From contig JANKJI020000002.1 of the NCBI GenBank assembly GCA_024626585.2, forward strand, positions 30,834,476-30,851,574: a stretch of 17,099 nt of DNA. The letters are read 5' to 3'. Origin of the DNA: Ginkgo biloba (taxonomy: Eukaryota; Plantae; Ginkgophyta). The notes beneath the pieces are model-generated. The model did no database searches, had not been told where the DNA came from, and saw only the letters and a program-made list of their open reading frames with translations. Of the stretch, positions 1 to 11,414 are shown in pieces. Positions within the stretch are counted from its first letter, which is position 1. Every line of letters begins with the position of its first letter. Made by a program: the position numbers and the translations under genes.

Positions 1-700
1 TCATCTCCAAATTTTACTTGAAACTTTGGAAATTCAGATGGTAGCACCTGTAATCTATCTACAATTGATTGATTCCACAAAATTGTGAGTGCTTCCAGGG
101 TCGACGAGGACAATCACCTATTCCTTTTGGACAAATCCACAGAGTTTTGGAGTATCATGCCTTTTCACTCTTTCCATTGATGCTCATATGTTCTTCTTCA
201 ATAGAGTTTATATCTAAATCAAATGTTTTTGCATTGTAAAATTCTCGACATCCAATATAATTGAATATAGTTAACTTGATTTGCACTTGTGTCCCTCTCC
301 CTATTTGTCCTTGCACTAGTAGCAAAGCCCATTCCTTCTGAGCTTTGCTTGTTTGCATTATGATAATCTTGGTTGCCAAGTTTGCTGATGACCTTCTCTT
401 TGAGCATAACTTTTGGTGTTGTTCTTATAAGCACTACCTCTTATTTGAGAAGGGCGACATCTTCTACTTTGTCATTCTTTTGGTCTGTTTCCTAGTGTTT
501 TGGCTTATGGGTGTATGTCTTCCTTGTTTTTGCTTGTTGCATGCATGTTTTAACTTCAAAGGCTCTGGCTAGCTCCATGATAGTGGTTAAATCAATTGGT
601 CTATGGGCCATGACAAGCAAATTGCACATGGAGATCAAGGCCAATATCATGGCCCACATACCACATAAGTATGTCAAGGATCCTTTTGGCATTAGATACT
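1..700 (-). mobile_element. Decayed Ty3/Gypsy LTR-retrotransposon gag C-terminus, CCHC zinc knuckle and aspartic protease (pseudogenised, runs off window start)
   Basis: Manual minus-strand translation across stops and frameshifts gives, in the expected order: gag end 'LVMAHRPIDLTTIMELARAFE' (~555-625); knuckle 'KLRRNGLCY*CKDK*GEGHKCK' (~280-345; cf. RxxGLCFxCxEKWxxGHxC); protease 'VIVLVDPGSTHNFV' (Asp codon at 102-100; cf. VLIDSGSTHNFI); then 'FPKFQVKFGD'. Confidence 0.85.
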
Positions 701-732
701 TGTTTATGATTATCTAAGTATTGCACCAAGTA

Positions 733-1095
733 GCCCACCCACAAAGGGACTTTTGGACTTGTACTTTACAACATGCTACCTTGCCAACAAGGGACCATTT
801 GGATTGCCTTATCTACATAGAAGACTTTGGCCTTATGCGTTTTCATTAGTTCCTCCCCCACAAGGAGACTTTTGGATTTACTGCATACACTATCTCATGC
901 ACATAGGAGGCTTTTGACTTTGAGTGCCTTTATTGTTACCTTGCCCATAAGTGAACTTTTAAATTTACACTATACATTGTCTTATCCACATCTCTGAGAC
1001 TTTGGCCATGTGCATCTTCATTGTTGCCTTACCACAATGGGACTTTTGGACTTATACTGTACATTGCCTTACCCACACAAGAGACTATGCCCTTG
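733..1095. repeat. Degenerate ~42-bp minisatellite, ~9 units, alternating A/B subunits
   Basis: Recurrent core CCACA(A/T)..G(G/A)GACTTT(T)GG. A units continue ...ACTTATACTGTACATTGCCTTA and B units continue ...CCTT/ATGTGCATCTTCATTGTTGCCTT. Confidence 0.85.
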
Positions 1096-1716
1096 TGTAG
1101 CAAACTTTGAGGATTCAATGATGTAGATTCTACAATGTAATACTAAATACCATGATAATGATACCATACCAATAAGTTCATCCGCCATGCAATAATAAAA
1201 TACCATGCATAGAAGATATAATAGACTTTGATAACAAGGTTGACAAGGTTGCTTTAAGCGATTGTTAGGAGTATAATTGAGACATGGTAATAGCCCATTG
1301 ATGGGCAAATTCCAACAAATGGTGGAAAGAAGAAAGAAAAAAAGAAATAGTATTAATGTCCACTGGTGACAAAAAACGGTCAATGGGATTATAAGTTTTG
1401 GGGTTCAACTCTGTGTCTAACAATCCTCTGTCCTGTGTCTTGGTCGGAGTGATGCTTCCGACTAGCACTCTCTGTGGAGTGAAAGAAGGAAGTGATTTGT
1501 CTANNNNNNNNNNNNNNNNNNNNNNNNNNNNNNNNNNNNNNNNNNNNNNNNNNNNNNNNNNNNNNNNNNNNNNNNNNNNNNNNNNNNNNNNNNNNNNNNN
1601 NNNAAATGATGGAAAGTCACATAATCAAGAAGTGTCGATCAATTTACACCTATGAAAAGTTAAAGATCAAGAAAAATTGGGGTATAACTAGTTAACAAAA
1701 GTTCAACATAAACAAA

Positions 1717-1728
1717 TGGTATTAGAGA
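1717..1728 (+). promoter_or_regulatory. Probable tRNA-iMet primer-binding site of an LTR retrotransposon, after a putative LTR 3' end (...AACA at 1714)
   Basis: AACA-aa-TGGTATTAGAGA matches the canonical plant PBS TGGTATCAGAGC at 10/12 positions and lies 2 nt after a CA. No recognisable gag follows. Confidence 0.45.
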
Positions 1729-1765
1729 GTGGATGTAGAAGGTGTCTTAAGATCTAAGGATAAGA

Positions 1766-1874
1766 AACTCTGATAAGCCTAATGATAGACCAAAGATAAA
1801 AAAAGTCTGATGACAAGCAACTCTAACAAGCCCAATGATAGATTGAATACTGATAAAGTTCTATGACAAGTAAG
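1766..1874. repeat. Two degenerate ~53-bp direct repeats
   Basis: AACTCTGATAAGCCTAATGATAGA (1766) vs AACTCTAACAAGCCCAATGATAGA (1819); AAAGTCTGATGACAAGCAA vs AAAGTTCTATGACAAGTAA. Confidence 0.6.
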
Positions 1875-2822
1875 GATTGATACAGATTGTTGATGATGCC
1901 TCCAAATTAAGCAATGTATGACATAACCTTTTTTTTCCATGACATGAGTTCCAATACAAGGACCTCACGAAATATGAAGGTGACATGAATGGTTGTCAAA
2001 AGTCATTTCAAATTCCTATATGGTTATGGTAACTAAAGAGGAAACTGAAAAAGGTCTGAGAAGGAGGAACAAAAGGAGGGGAGAAAGAGGAAGAAGGGTT
2101 CATGCAGGTGCATTCAGTGGTCCAATTTGAAATGGAGAAATCACAGTGAATTGTTGGGAGAAAGACAACGATTCAGGGAGAAAGCAACAAGGGGAAATCG
2201 ATAGTTTGTGTAAAACTCTATGGGTTGCGTCCCTAACAACACAAGTATTAGGCACAATTATTGTGTTTACTTGTAAAATCTATCTGATTCATCTAATGTA
2301 TCTGGAGTTTTATTCCCCAAGAGGTTTCTCCAATTCAAAAGTGACGTTGCTTCTGTAAGTGTTTTGTTCATGGCATGGTGTTTTGGTTTCTTCTTGTGTN
2401 NNNNNNNNNNNNNNNNNNNNNNNNNNNNNNNNNNNNNNNNNNNNNNNNNNNNNAATTTGTTGTAGGTGCCATTAGAGAATTTTGACTTCTCAACTAGAAA
2501 ATAGATCAATTAGCTTACTTTAAACCCTAGCACCTAGTTTTAAGAAACAATTACAATTTTGCAAAGTTTTGAAGAGACACTAGCCTACATTGTCAACCAA
2601 CCTTAAGTACGGTCGCACCATTTCGTGATCTATTTAAGGAGGTAAGACTAGTCAAAAGGGCATCATTCATTCCTCGTTTTCAATGCCTTCTTACACTGAT
2701 TCTTCAGTAGATTGCAGATTATACTACTATCCTTTGGAGACTATACAACAATCATTACAGATCGTATTGTTGTCGTATAGAGCGTATTGTTGTCCTTCAT
2801 TATTATAGCAGACCGTACACCT

Positions 2823-3225
2823 GTCCTTGTAGGTCGTTATATTGCATTTATTGCAATTATCCTTGTAGGCTATACTGTTGCATTTATTGCAATTGTCCTT
2901 ATAGGCCATATTGTTGCATTTATTGCAGCTATCCCTATAGGTTGTATTGTTGCATTTATTACAATTGTCCTTGTTATCCTTGCAGGTCGAATTGTTGCAT
3001 TTATTATTGCTATCCATGCAAGCCGTACTTACAGGATGTACTATTGCATTTATTATAATTGTCCTTATTGTCCTTGTAGGTCAAACTAATGCATTTATTA
3101 CTGTTGTCCTTGCAAGCAATACTGTTGCATTTATTACAACAATACTTGCTATCCTTACAGGTCATACTACCACATTTATTACAGTTGTCCTTGCAAATTG
3201 TACTATTGTACTAACCATTATAGGT
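2823..3225. repeat. 36-bp minisatellite, ~10 units (some with 9-bp internal duplication)
   Basis: Unit ~GTCCTTGTAGGTCATACTGTTGCATTTATTGCAATT starts at 2823, 2859, 2895, 2931, 2967 and onward. It produces the periodic ORFs KDNCNKCNxxxY (-) and VAFIAIVLVG (+). Confidence 0.92.
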
Positions 3226-4529
3226 TCATCAAGCTCAATTTGCGTGGAATTGAGGAGGAATTGAGGAAAGGACTGAAGATGTTGTGCTTGCCCAAGGATT
3301 GAATTCTAGGGTACTAAAACCTTACAGAAAGGTATGAGCATTATTATGATTGTGATATTATTGTGAATGACTTGTTATGTTACAATTAGACCTTGATTGT
3401 TGTTGGTCTTAGTTATTCCATTGCTCTAAGTATTAGATGGGTCTTCGACTATGTGCTTGAATGCTTGAATTAGTCTTGTGAACCCAGTTATTGTGGCATA
3501 TGCGTGCGTAGTTTCACTGTGAGGACTAATATGATATCCGAGTTAGGGATTGTACTAGNNNNNNNNNNNNNNNNNNNNNNNNNNNNNNNNNNNNNNNNNN
3601 NNNNNNNNNNNNNNNNNNNNNNNNNNNNNNNNNNNNNNNNNNNNNNNNNNNNNNNNNNNNNNNNNNNNNNNNNNNNNNNNNNNNNNNNNNNNNNNNNNNN
3701 NNNNNNNNNNNNNNNNNNNNNNNNNNNNNNNNNNNNNNNNNNNNNNNNNNNNNNNNNNNNNNNNNNNNNNNNNNNNNNNNNNNNNNNNNNNNNNNNNNNN
3801 NNNNNNNNNNNNNNNNNNNNNNNNNNNNNNNNNNNNNNNNNNNNNNNNNNNNNNNNNNNNNNNNNNNNNNNNNNNNNNNNNNNNNNNNNNNNNNNNNNNN
3901 NNNNNNNNNNNNNNNNNNNNNNNNNNNNNNNNNNNNNNNNNNNNNNNNNNNNNNNNNNNNNNNNNNNNNNNNNNNNNNNNNNNNNNNNNNNNNNNNNNNN
4001 NNNNNNNNNNNNNNNNNNNNNNNNNNNNNNNNNNNNNNNNNNNNNNNNNNNNNNNNNNNNNNNNNNNNNNNNNNNNNNNNNNNNNNNNNNNNNNNNNNNN
4101 NNNNNNNNNNNNNNNNNNNNNNNNNNNNNNNNNNNNNNNNNNNNNNNNNNNNNNNNNNNNNNNNNNNNNNNNNNNNNNNNNNNNNNNNNNNNNNNNNNNN
4201 NNNNNNNNNNNNNNNNNNNNNNNNNNNNNNNNNNNNNNNNNNNNNNNNNNNNNNNNNNNNAACAAGTTTGTAGGAAAAGACAGTTTGACCTACAAAAAAG
4301 AAGGCAAGGAGGAACACAAGGAGGACATTATACTAGTCAAGGATCTAGGGATAATCTACTTCTTGTAGTAGCTTATTAGGTTAAGCACAAAAATTTGTTG
4401 GGTTTGATTATTTGTGTTAATGAAGGTGTTGATATCTAGGGGCTTCAAGAGAAATCTATCTTGTATGCACTCACTTTTTGATTAATGGTCACCTTCGGTT
4501 TCATGTATGCTACTTTAAATGTTTCGTCC

Positions 4530-5050
4530 TCAGGTTCTTCGTTCTTCTTCTTCTTGTGTAACTTATTGTTGTATTAATTCCTTTTCTTGTTTGAGAATCG
4601 ATGCTATGTGTTGCCTTGAATTTAAGAGTTTGCTAATTTCATCCAACCTTTACGTTGCATTGACCCACATTGAATCATGTGTGTGTGCCATGTTCATTGC
4701 TTATGATAGATTTGCTGGAGATTATAATCCAATTTTTGTTCCCTTTCTACTACGTTTAAGATAGTCAATATATAGCTCCAACATTTGTTTGCTAGCATCA
4801 TTGGTCTGTATGCCAGAATACAGAATAAATGGTTGTTTGCCACCACTTCTTGTTTGCTTTAGACTTGTCAATCCATTCTGATGAAAATTCACATAAAGAA
4901 ATCTCATAAATGTACGCCATAACCCATAAAATCATTCTTTATAATTTCTAAACCATGTGTGTCTACTTCCTTTCAAGTGAAGTGAAGAGAAACAAAGTCG
5001 ATGTTTTTGTCATTTGTCATTGGGTGCATGTTAAAGTAAGTTTTTAACTG
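4530..5050 (-). mobile_element. Ty3/Gypsy gag (Retrotrans_gag-like) pseudogene remnant, copy 1
   Basis: Minus strand reads 'QLKTYFNMHPMTNDKNIDFVSLH/LKGSRHTWFRNYKE*FYGLWRTFMRFLYVNFHQNGLTSLKQTRS...KQMLELYIDYLKRSRKGTKIGL*SPANLS*AMNMA'. This matches plant Gypsy gag motifs: TYFxxxPM, FAxLHLxGxAxxW, WxxF, LxxLKQTGSV, YIxGL, PxxLxEAxxxA. Confidence 0.8.
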
Positions 5051-5894
5051 NNNNNNNNNNNNNNNNNNNNNNNNNNNNNNNNNNNNNNNNNNNNNNNNNN
5101 NNNNNAATAAATTGTGGAATTTCCTCCATTATTTTTACACTTGTTGCCAAGACTCACAATCACCACTAATATAACCTCTTTTCTTAACAATCACTACCTT
5201 TTGGAAGTTATTACAGAGTCACTTCGTGGCCAAAATTGAAGTTTTTATATGAAATTGGCATAACTGAATTTGGTCTACCTAACTTTGGAAAAAATGTCTG
5301 GAAATTCTATGTTTCCAGCCAAAAAAGTCGTTGCTTCTACTCAGATCCTAAAATCAAGCCTGAAATGCTAGCCAAACATTTTTTAGTGTTATGAGAGCCT
5401 CCAAAACCCAAATGAGGTCCTTTTTTTTTTTCGACATGGACTAANNNNNNNNNNNNNNNNNNNCTTTTAAATATCTAGAAAGTTCTGAAACTACCGAAGA
5501 AAACAACAAAAATACCTTTGATACAACAGAACATTCGAAAAATACCTCAAAAATGACTCCAGGTATTATGCTATCCTCCGGTAGTGGTTGTGGCATCATA
5601 TGTTGTCCAAATTTGATGTTCCCAATGTGAATTTGGGTTAGGATAATCTGCACTCTTTGAATTTTTGGAACGCAGTGCTGAGAATGACATAATTTTTATC
5701 ACCTTCAAAACAACCTCCAAACTCGAGCTAAACATGCACTGAACTTTTTGAAGGCATTAAGAATTGAAATAAAGTGAATTTGTTTTGAATCTATGCTTTA
5801 ATGACTACTTTTAAAAAAAAAAAAAAATTTGGCAACTCTTAAAGTGATTCATCCTTAGCTGCTTCATCATATTCTTGTACTTTCTTTTCTCTGT

Positions 5895-6440
5895 GTTCCC
5901 CAGGTATAATTTCCGCATCTTCCTTTTCTTGCATAACTTCTTGTTGTATCACTTCTTCTTGGTTGAGAATTGATGCTATGTCTTGTCTTGAATTCAAGAG
6001 TCTGTGCATTTCATCCAACCTTTACATTACATTGGCCCACACTCGTCTGAATTATGCATTTGTGCCATGTTCGTTGCTTCTGATAGTTTTTCTGGAGATC
6101 ATTATCTATGTTTTGTACCCACTCTGCTGTCTCTAAGATCGTCAATATACAAATCCACTATTTGTTTGCTAGCATCAGTGGTATGTATGCTAGAACATGG
6201 AATAGAAGGTTGTATTCCACCACTTCCTGTTTGTTTAGACCTTTTAATCCTTTTTGATGAAAATTCACATAAAGAAATCTCTTGAATGTATGCTATGACC
6301 CAGGAAATCATTCTTTATAATTTATAAACCATGTGTGTCCACTTCATTCCAAGTGAAGAGAAGCAAAGTCAGTTTTTTCGTCATCTGTCATTAGATGCAT
6401 GATAAAGTAGGTTTGTTAGTTACTTAGCCATACGAAAGGA
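5895..6440 (-). mobile_element. Ty3/Gypsy gag pseudogene remnant, copy 2 (diverged direct repeat of copy 1; similarity extends over ~4520-5265 vs ~5895-6643)
   Basis: Minus strand reads 'VWLSN*QTYFIMHLMTDDEKTDFASLHLE*SGHTWFINYKE*F...KQTGS/VVEYNLLFHVL...KQIVDLYIDDLRDSRVGTKHR**SPEKLSEATNMA'. It aligns by eye with copy 1 at an offset of ~1.38 kb. Confidence 0.82.
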
Positions 6441-7837
6441 CATATGTCTCAGGTGGTCCAATAGTCCCTAATCAAAAGCGGAACTTGTTCCATTATTTTT
6501 GCACATGTAGCCAAGACTTAGAATTGCGACTACTACAATCACTGTTCTTAACAATTGCTAAAAAGAATGCTAGCTTTTGGAAGTTATTAGAGAGTCACCT
6601 GGCAGTTAAAATTGAAGTTCTTTATATGAAATTGGCCTAGCTANNNNNNNNNNNNNNNNNNNNNNNNNNNNNNNNNNNNNNNNNNNNNNNNNNNNNNNNN
6701 NNNNNNNNNNNNNNNNNNNNNNNNNNNNNNNNNNNNNNNNNNNNNNNNNNNNNNNNNNNNNNNNNNNNNNNNNNNNNNNNNNNNNNNNNNNNNNNNNNNN
6801 NNNNNNNNNNNNNNNNNNNNNNNNNNNNNNNNNNNNNNNNNNNNNNNNNNNNNNNNNNNNNNNNNNNNNNNNNNNNNNNNNNNNNNNNNNNNNNNNNNNN
6901 NNNNNNNNNNNNNNNNNNNNNNNNNNNNNNNNNNNNNNNNNNNNNNNNNNNNNNNNNNNNNNNNNNNNNNNNNNNNNNNNNNNNNNNNNNNNNNNNNNNN
7001 NNNNNNNNNNNNNNNNNNNNNNNNNNNNNNNNNNNNNNNNNNNNNNNNNNNNNNNNNNNNNNNNNNNNNNNNNNNNNNNNNNNNNNNNNNNNNNNNNNNN
7101 NNNNNNNNNNNNNNNNNNNNNNNNNNNNNNNNNNNNNNNNNNNNNNNNNNAAATTCTGACAATTCATTCATTTTTGTTGCCGAAACTGTTGATTTTTGCC
7201 GAAACCCTGTATAATGATTCCAAAAAGTGCCGAAAATTAGGTCAACTGCACTTTCCAAGAGCTTCTGGAATGGAAATCAGATGATATTTTCCTTGATATT
7301 GACTGTCTCTATCTGCTTTTTTTGAACATGCAAAAAAACATATAAAATTTTGATCTCTACAACTGAGAACTAGATGATTTTCAATCACATCTTCCGTAGT
7401 AGCCAAGAAAGAGTCTCTAATCCACTTGTAGTGAACCTTGAGTGTTCAATTACTTAGAATTCAGATTATAATGGCAAATACCATGAGAAATACGTATTAT
7501 AAGATATCAAACGTTTTGATAAGACGGTTGCAAATGTTGCCTTAAGAGATCTTTAGTGGCTTCTCTTCAAGAATTGAGTAACGGGTTTATAAAATATTCA
7601 AATACATGATGATTATATATGAAACTTATTGCCCTTATACACTCAAAATAGGGCCTCATTAAACCTAATAGTCTTTGACCTAAAACCCGACGTTAACACA
7701 GTCTTATAGAAAACTACTATGGTTTCCCTAGAACTTGGTACTAACCACTTATATATAGTTATCCTCCAATAATTAACAATAGTTTTGCATCCATTGGAGT
7801 ACACAATAACTTACATGTCCTTACACTACTTCACTGA

Positions 7838-7910
7838 CAAGGGGATTTTTGGCTTTATGTGTCTTCACCCTACACCTGCAAGGGGACTTCCGGTTTTATG
7901 TGTTTTCACA
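7838..7910. repeat. Two 41-bp-spaced units related to the 733-1095 minisatellite
   Basis: CAAGGGGATTTTTGGCTTTATGTGTCTTCAC (7838) and CAAGGGGACTTCCGGTTTTATGTGTTTTCAC (7879) resemble CAAGGGACTTTTGG / CCTTATGCGTTTTCAT. Confidence 0.6.
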
Positions 7911-10900
7911 GCTTTACACGTGTATAAGCAACTCTGCCAAGATTCATTCATTCCTGGATGCACTCGTATCATCATTCTAGATCCCAAACTTCGACATCAA
8001 TCTTACAATCATGCAATCACAACAAATCCATCACAGATTCACAATACATGATTAATTCTCTAGATTCATTGCTGTGATGTATGTTGATTATAAAAGTAAC
8101 CCTCAGAAATGCTGAATTTAATCCATTAGCCTCGTTGCTTACATCACTGGCATCTATCTGGTGTATTACAACATGAAACAGCATTGACAATGACCTTGAA
8201 GTGACAAGGCATTTACTCTCATGCAAATTAACATGCTGGGAATCCCTAATAACAAAAGCATGTAAATATTCCTATCTTAAAATTTGTGACAGTAAGCTGG
8301 ACTGACACAATTTTAAGAGTTTATGTCAAGGGCAACTTACCCCAAACTCTCCTTGAGACCACCAAAGACTCCTTAGATGCCCAGGTCGAAACCCTTGGCA
8401 TAAGAAATCAACACAATTATATTCAGAAAATTAAGGACAGCAAGCTGCATATATCCATAAATTCAGTATATCATATGGTCCCCTCAATGGACATCTAATC
8501 CTAAATAAAGCAATACAATCTGTGCAAGATGAAGAGGCACACAAGGTATCGCATATAAGGTTTAGTATAAGGCTGTTCCTAGCCCATACAACCAAAAATT
8601 GGCAAGCAAAACTGCCACCCCTCTATGGGGGATAAACCCCAAGCCATACAATTTCATCACAAGCTATTATTGCATTGCAAGAACCAAACATCATGATACA
8701 AGTTTAAAATATAGTACAAAACTCTATCTACTTAGTATTAGTGTTTACATATAACCAATTATGCCTGAAGAAGATGTTGATGGTTGAAATTAAGACATAG
8801 CTTTTTGCTCTACTATGCTTGATAGAGAGTGGAAAGAGAATAATAAAGATACTCTTTAAGATTGATGATCCAAATGAGGCTTTGAAATGCCTATTTATAT
8901 CTACATGGAACTTCATGAAGACCCTAACCCATCCTCCTAGGAGCCACACTAGTTTGTGAGCTGATTGGAAATTTTAATGCCTGAGGGTGGAGAAGTTGTG
9001 TAGTGAAATTGCAGCAGCCATAGCTCTCGTCTGGCATCCCCCCGGAGAGCATGACCACTTGTTTTGAAGGGCATGATGAGCCCTACCTCTTGGACATAGA
9101 AACTGGAACTAAAAACAACATTTGGTGTTCCCTTTAGTCACTGTAGCAAATCAGCACCAAAAGTGCTAACTCAACTCGTGGTTGATGGTGAACTAACCCA
9201 TTCTCCGTTGGTTATTTTATTTGTTCCAAGCTGTGATCTAACACAGACTAAATTGTTTATGGAGTGTTGTTGGCTGTATTTCTTCTATAACAGACTGAGC
9301 TGCCAATGGCAGGGGGCCAAACTTCTCTCCAGGAATTTTTGAGACCNNNNNNNNNNNNNNNNNNNNNNNNNNNNNNNNNNNNNNNNNNNNNNNNNNNNNN
9401 NNNNNNNNNNNNNNNNNNNNNNNNNNNNNNNNNNNNNNNNNNNNNNNNNNNNNNNNNNNNNNNNNNNNNNNNNNNNNNNNNNNNNNNNNNNNNNNNNNNN
9501 NNNNNNNNNNNNNNNNNNNNNNNNNNNNNNNNNNNNNNNNNNNNNNNNNNNNNNNNNNNNNNNNNNNNNNNNNNNNNNNNNNNNNNNNNNNNNNNNNNNN
9601 NNNNNNNNNNNNNNNNNNNNNNNNNNNNNNNNNNNNNNNNNNNNNNNNNNNNNNNNNNNNNNNNNNNNNNNNNNNNNNNNNNNNNNNNNNNNNNNNNNNN
9701 NNNNNNNNNNNNNNNNNNNNNNNNNNNNNNNNNNNNNNNNNNNNNNNNNNNNNNNNNNNNNNNNNNNNNNNNNNNNNNNNNNNNNNNNNNNNNNNNNNNN
9801 NNNNNNNNNNNNNNNNNNNNNNNNNNNNNNNNNNNNNNNNNNNNNNNNNNNNNNNNNNNNNNNNNNNNNNNNNNNNNNNNNNNNNNNNNNNNNNNNNNNN
9901 NNNNNNNNNNNNNNNNNNNNNNNNNNNNNNNNNNNNNNNNNNNNNNNNNNNNNNNNNNNNNNNNNNNNNNNNNNNNNNNNNNNNNNNNNNNNNNNNNNNN
10001 NNNNNNNNNNNNNNNNNNNNNNNNNNNNNNNNNNNNNNNNNNNNNNNNNNNNNNNNNNNNNNNNNNNNNNNNNNNNNNNNNNNNNNNNNNNNNNNNNNNN
10101 NNNNNNNNNNNNNNNNNNNNNNNNNNNNNNNNNNNNNNNNNNNNNNNNNNNNNNNNNNNNNNNNNNNNNNNNNNNNNNNNNNNNNNNNNNNNNNNNTTGA
10201 GTGTAATAAATGGACAGCCATTGCTAGAATTGTGTGGATTAATTGTCAGATTTATCAGTAGTTTGACAGGGGAGGTTAACATCATTTTTGCAGTATTCTG
10301 TGTGCCCTGTCTGAATGAACACGGCTATCTCTTCTTAATCGCAACCCAGAAGAATTGCACTTCCTTTCATTAATGTGTGATATGATGTGAGGAGCAAAAG
10401 AAAAAGAATCATGTGGAGATTGGCTCCCCAACATATCCAGGGCCCCTGTTTTCTGTCTTTGGCTATCAACAACACTTGGAGCAGGAGCCTACACTGTTTT
10501 TGAGTGGAAGTAGTGTGACTTTGCATGGGTTTATCTGATGGATTACTGTTGGGGTGTTAAACAGTTTGACCTTAAATAGACATCTATAATGACACTTGTT
10601 TCACTTTAAAATCAACGGCTAGATAGATGTGTACCATTGAAGATTGAAAATGAACTACTAAAACTAACTTCATTATACAGGCTATGATAGTTCAATCATG
10701 AAGCATGAGAAGGTGAAAAGATCTTATGTGAAAGTCCATTCAGTGGTTATGGTAACTTAATAGTAAGAGTTTGAAGGTGTGCTCTCCAACCGTGTTTTGA
10801 GGATGGTGTACTGTTTTGTGGGCGCCAGACTAAAATGAACTTGTTGATGATTAAGAACATGGTTAGCATATTTGTAGTCTTTAAGCATTGGGAGGAAAGA

Positions 10901-11076
10901 CAAAAAGTTGCACAAATGTAGAGGTAATGCCTCCTTATCAAGTATTAGGGATAGAAGGGAAGGGATTCCGTTATTTACTCATTAGTTAGTTGCTAATTTA
11001 AGGGAATGTTATGGTTATTTGTACTGTTTTTAACTTTTAAGCTTTTAGTTACCATTGCATTGGTTTGCTTCCCCAG

Positions 11077-11414
11077 GTCATGCATTGTCTTCCTTGGGAA
11101 AGCGGCAGGAAGCAGTGCAGGCTTGGAAGCAAGGGTATGCAGGTGCATTAGGCCAAACTGCAGATCTGAAGCAACTGCTAGAGTTGCAGGAATTACTCGC
11201 CAATTCAAAAAGTGATACACCAGTGGTCAGTGATAGTCAAATTGTACAGCACCCTAGTGCGGCAACTTCTGCATCTAACTCAGCTTGTAAGAGCCCAATC
11301 AAATCAATTGAGCAGGCAAAACCTTTACAAAAGGAGGATGCTGTAGTTGCTCAGGTTGCCCAGAAAACCAGGTCAATAAGCTTGGATCTTCGGTTATCAA
11401 GAGGAATAGCACAG
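11077..11414 (+). CDS. SRFR1: Internal coding exon (probably exon 2) of the TPR protein SUPPRESSOR OF RPS4-RLD 1
   Basis: Acceptor TTTGCTTCCCCAG| ends at 11076 (phase 1, G|GT) and donor CAG|GTTTCT starts at 11415 (phase 0). The exon is 338 nt with no stops. The peptide 'GHALSSLGKRQEAVQAWKQGYAGALGQTADLKQLLELQELL...TRSISLDLRLSRGIAQ' matches my recollection of Arabidopsis SRFR1 'GRALLALGRKQEAVLVLEQGYKSALQQTADVKQLLELEELL...THSISVDFRLSRGIAQ|VNEG'. Similarity starts and stops exactly at the splice sites. Confidence 0.93.

Noticed and set aside
733-3225. CRISPR-like arrays
   Set aside because: Both arrays are contiguous degenerate tandem repeats without unique spacers. There are no cas genes and the context is eukaryotic.
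4520-6643. hAT transposase dimerisation-domain remnant (IPCSS, SPEKL, WWNTT)
   Set aside because: Reading across frameshifts gives a much better, ordered match to Gypsy gag motifs.
9073-9300. C/D-box snoRNA (ATGATGA ... CTGA)
   Set aside because: The boxes are ~220 nt apart, with no terminal stem and no recognisable rRNA guide.
3504-10373. Long ORFs in the track (e.g. 3504-4379, 6637-7258, 9238-10373)
   Set aside because: They are open only because they span N runs, so there is no real coding evidence.
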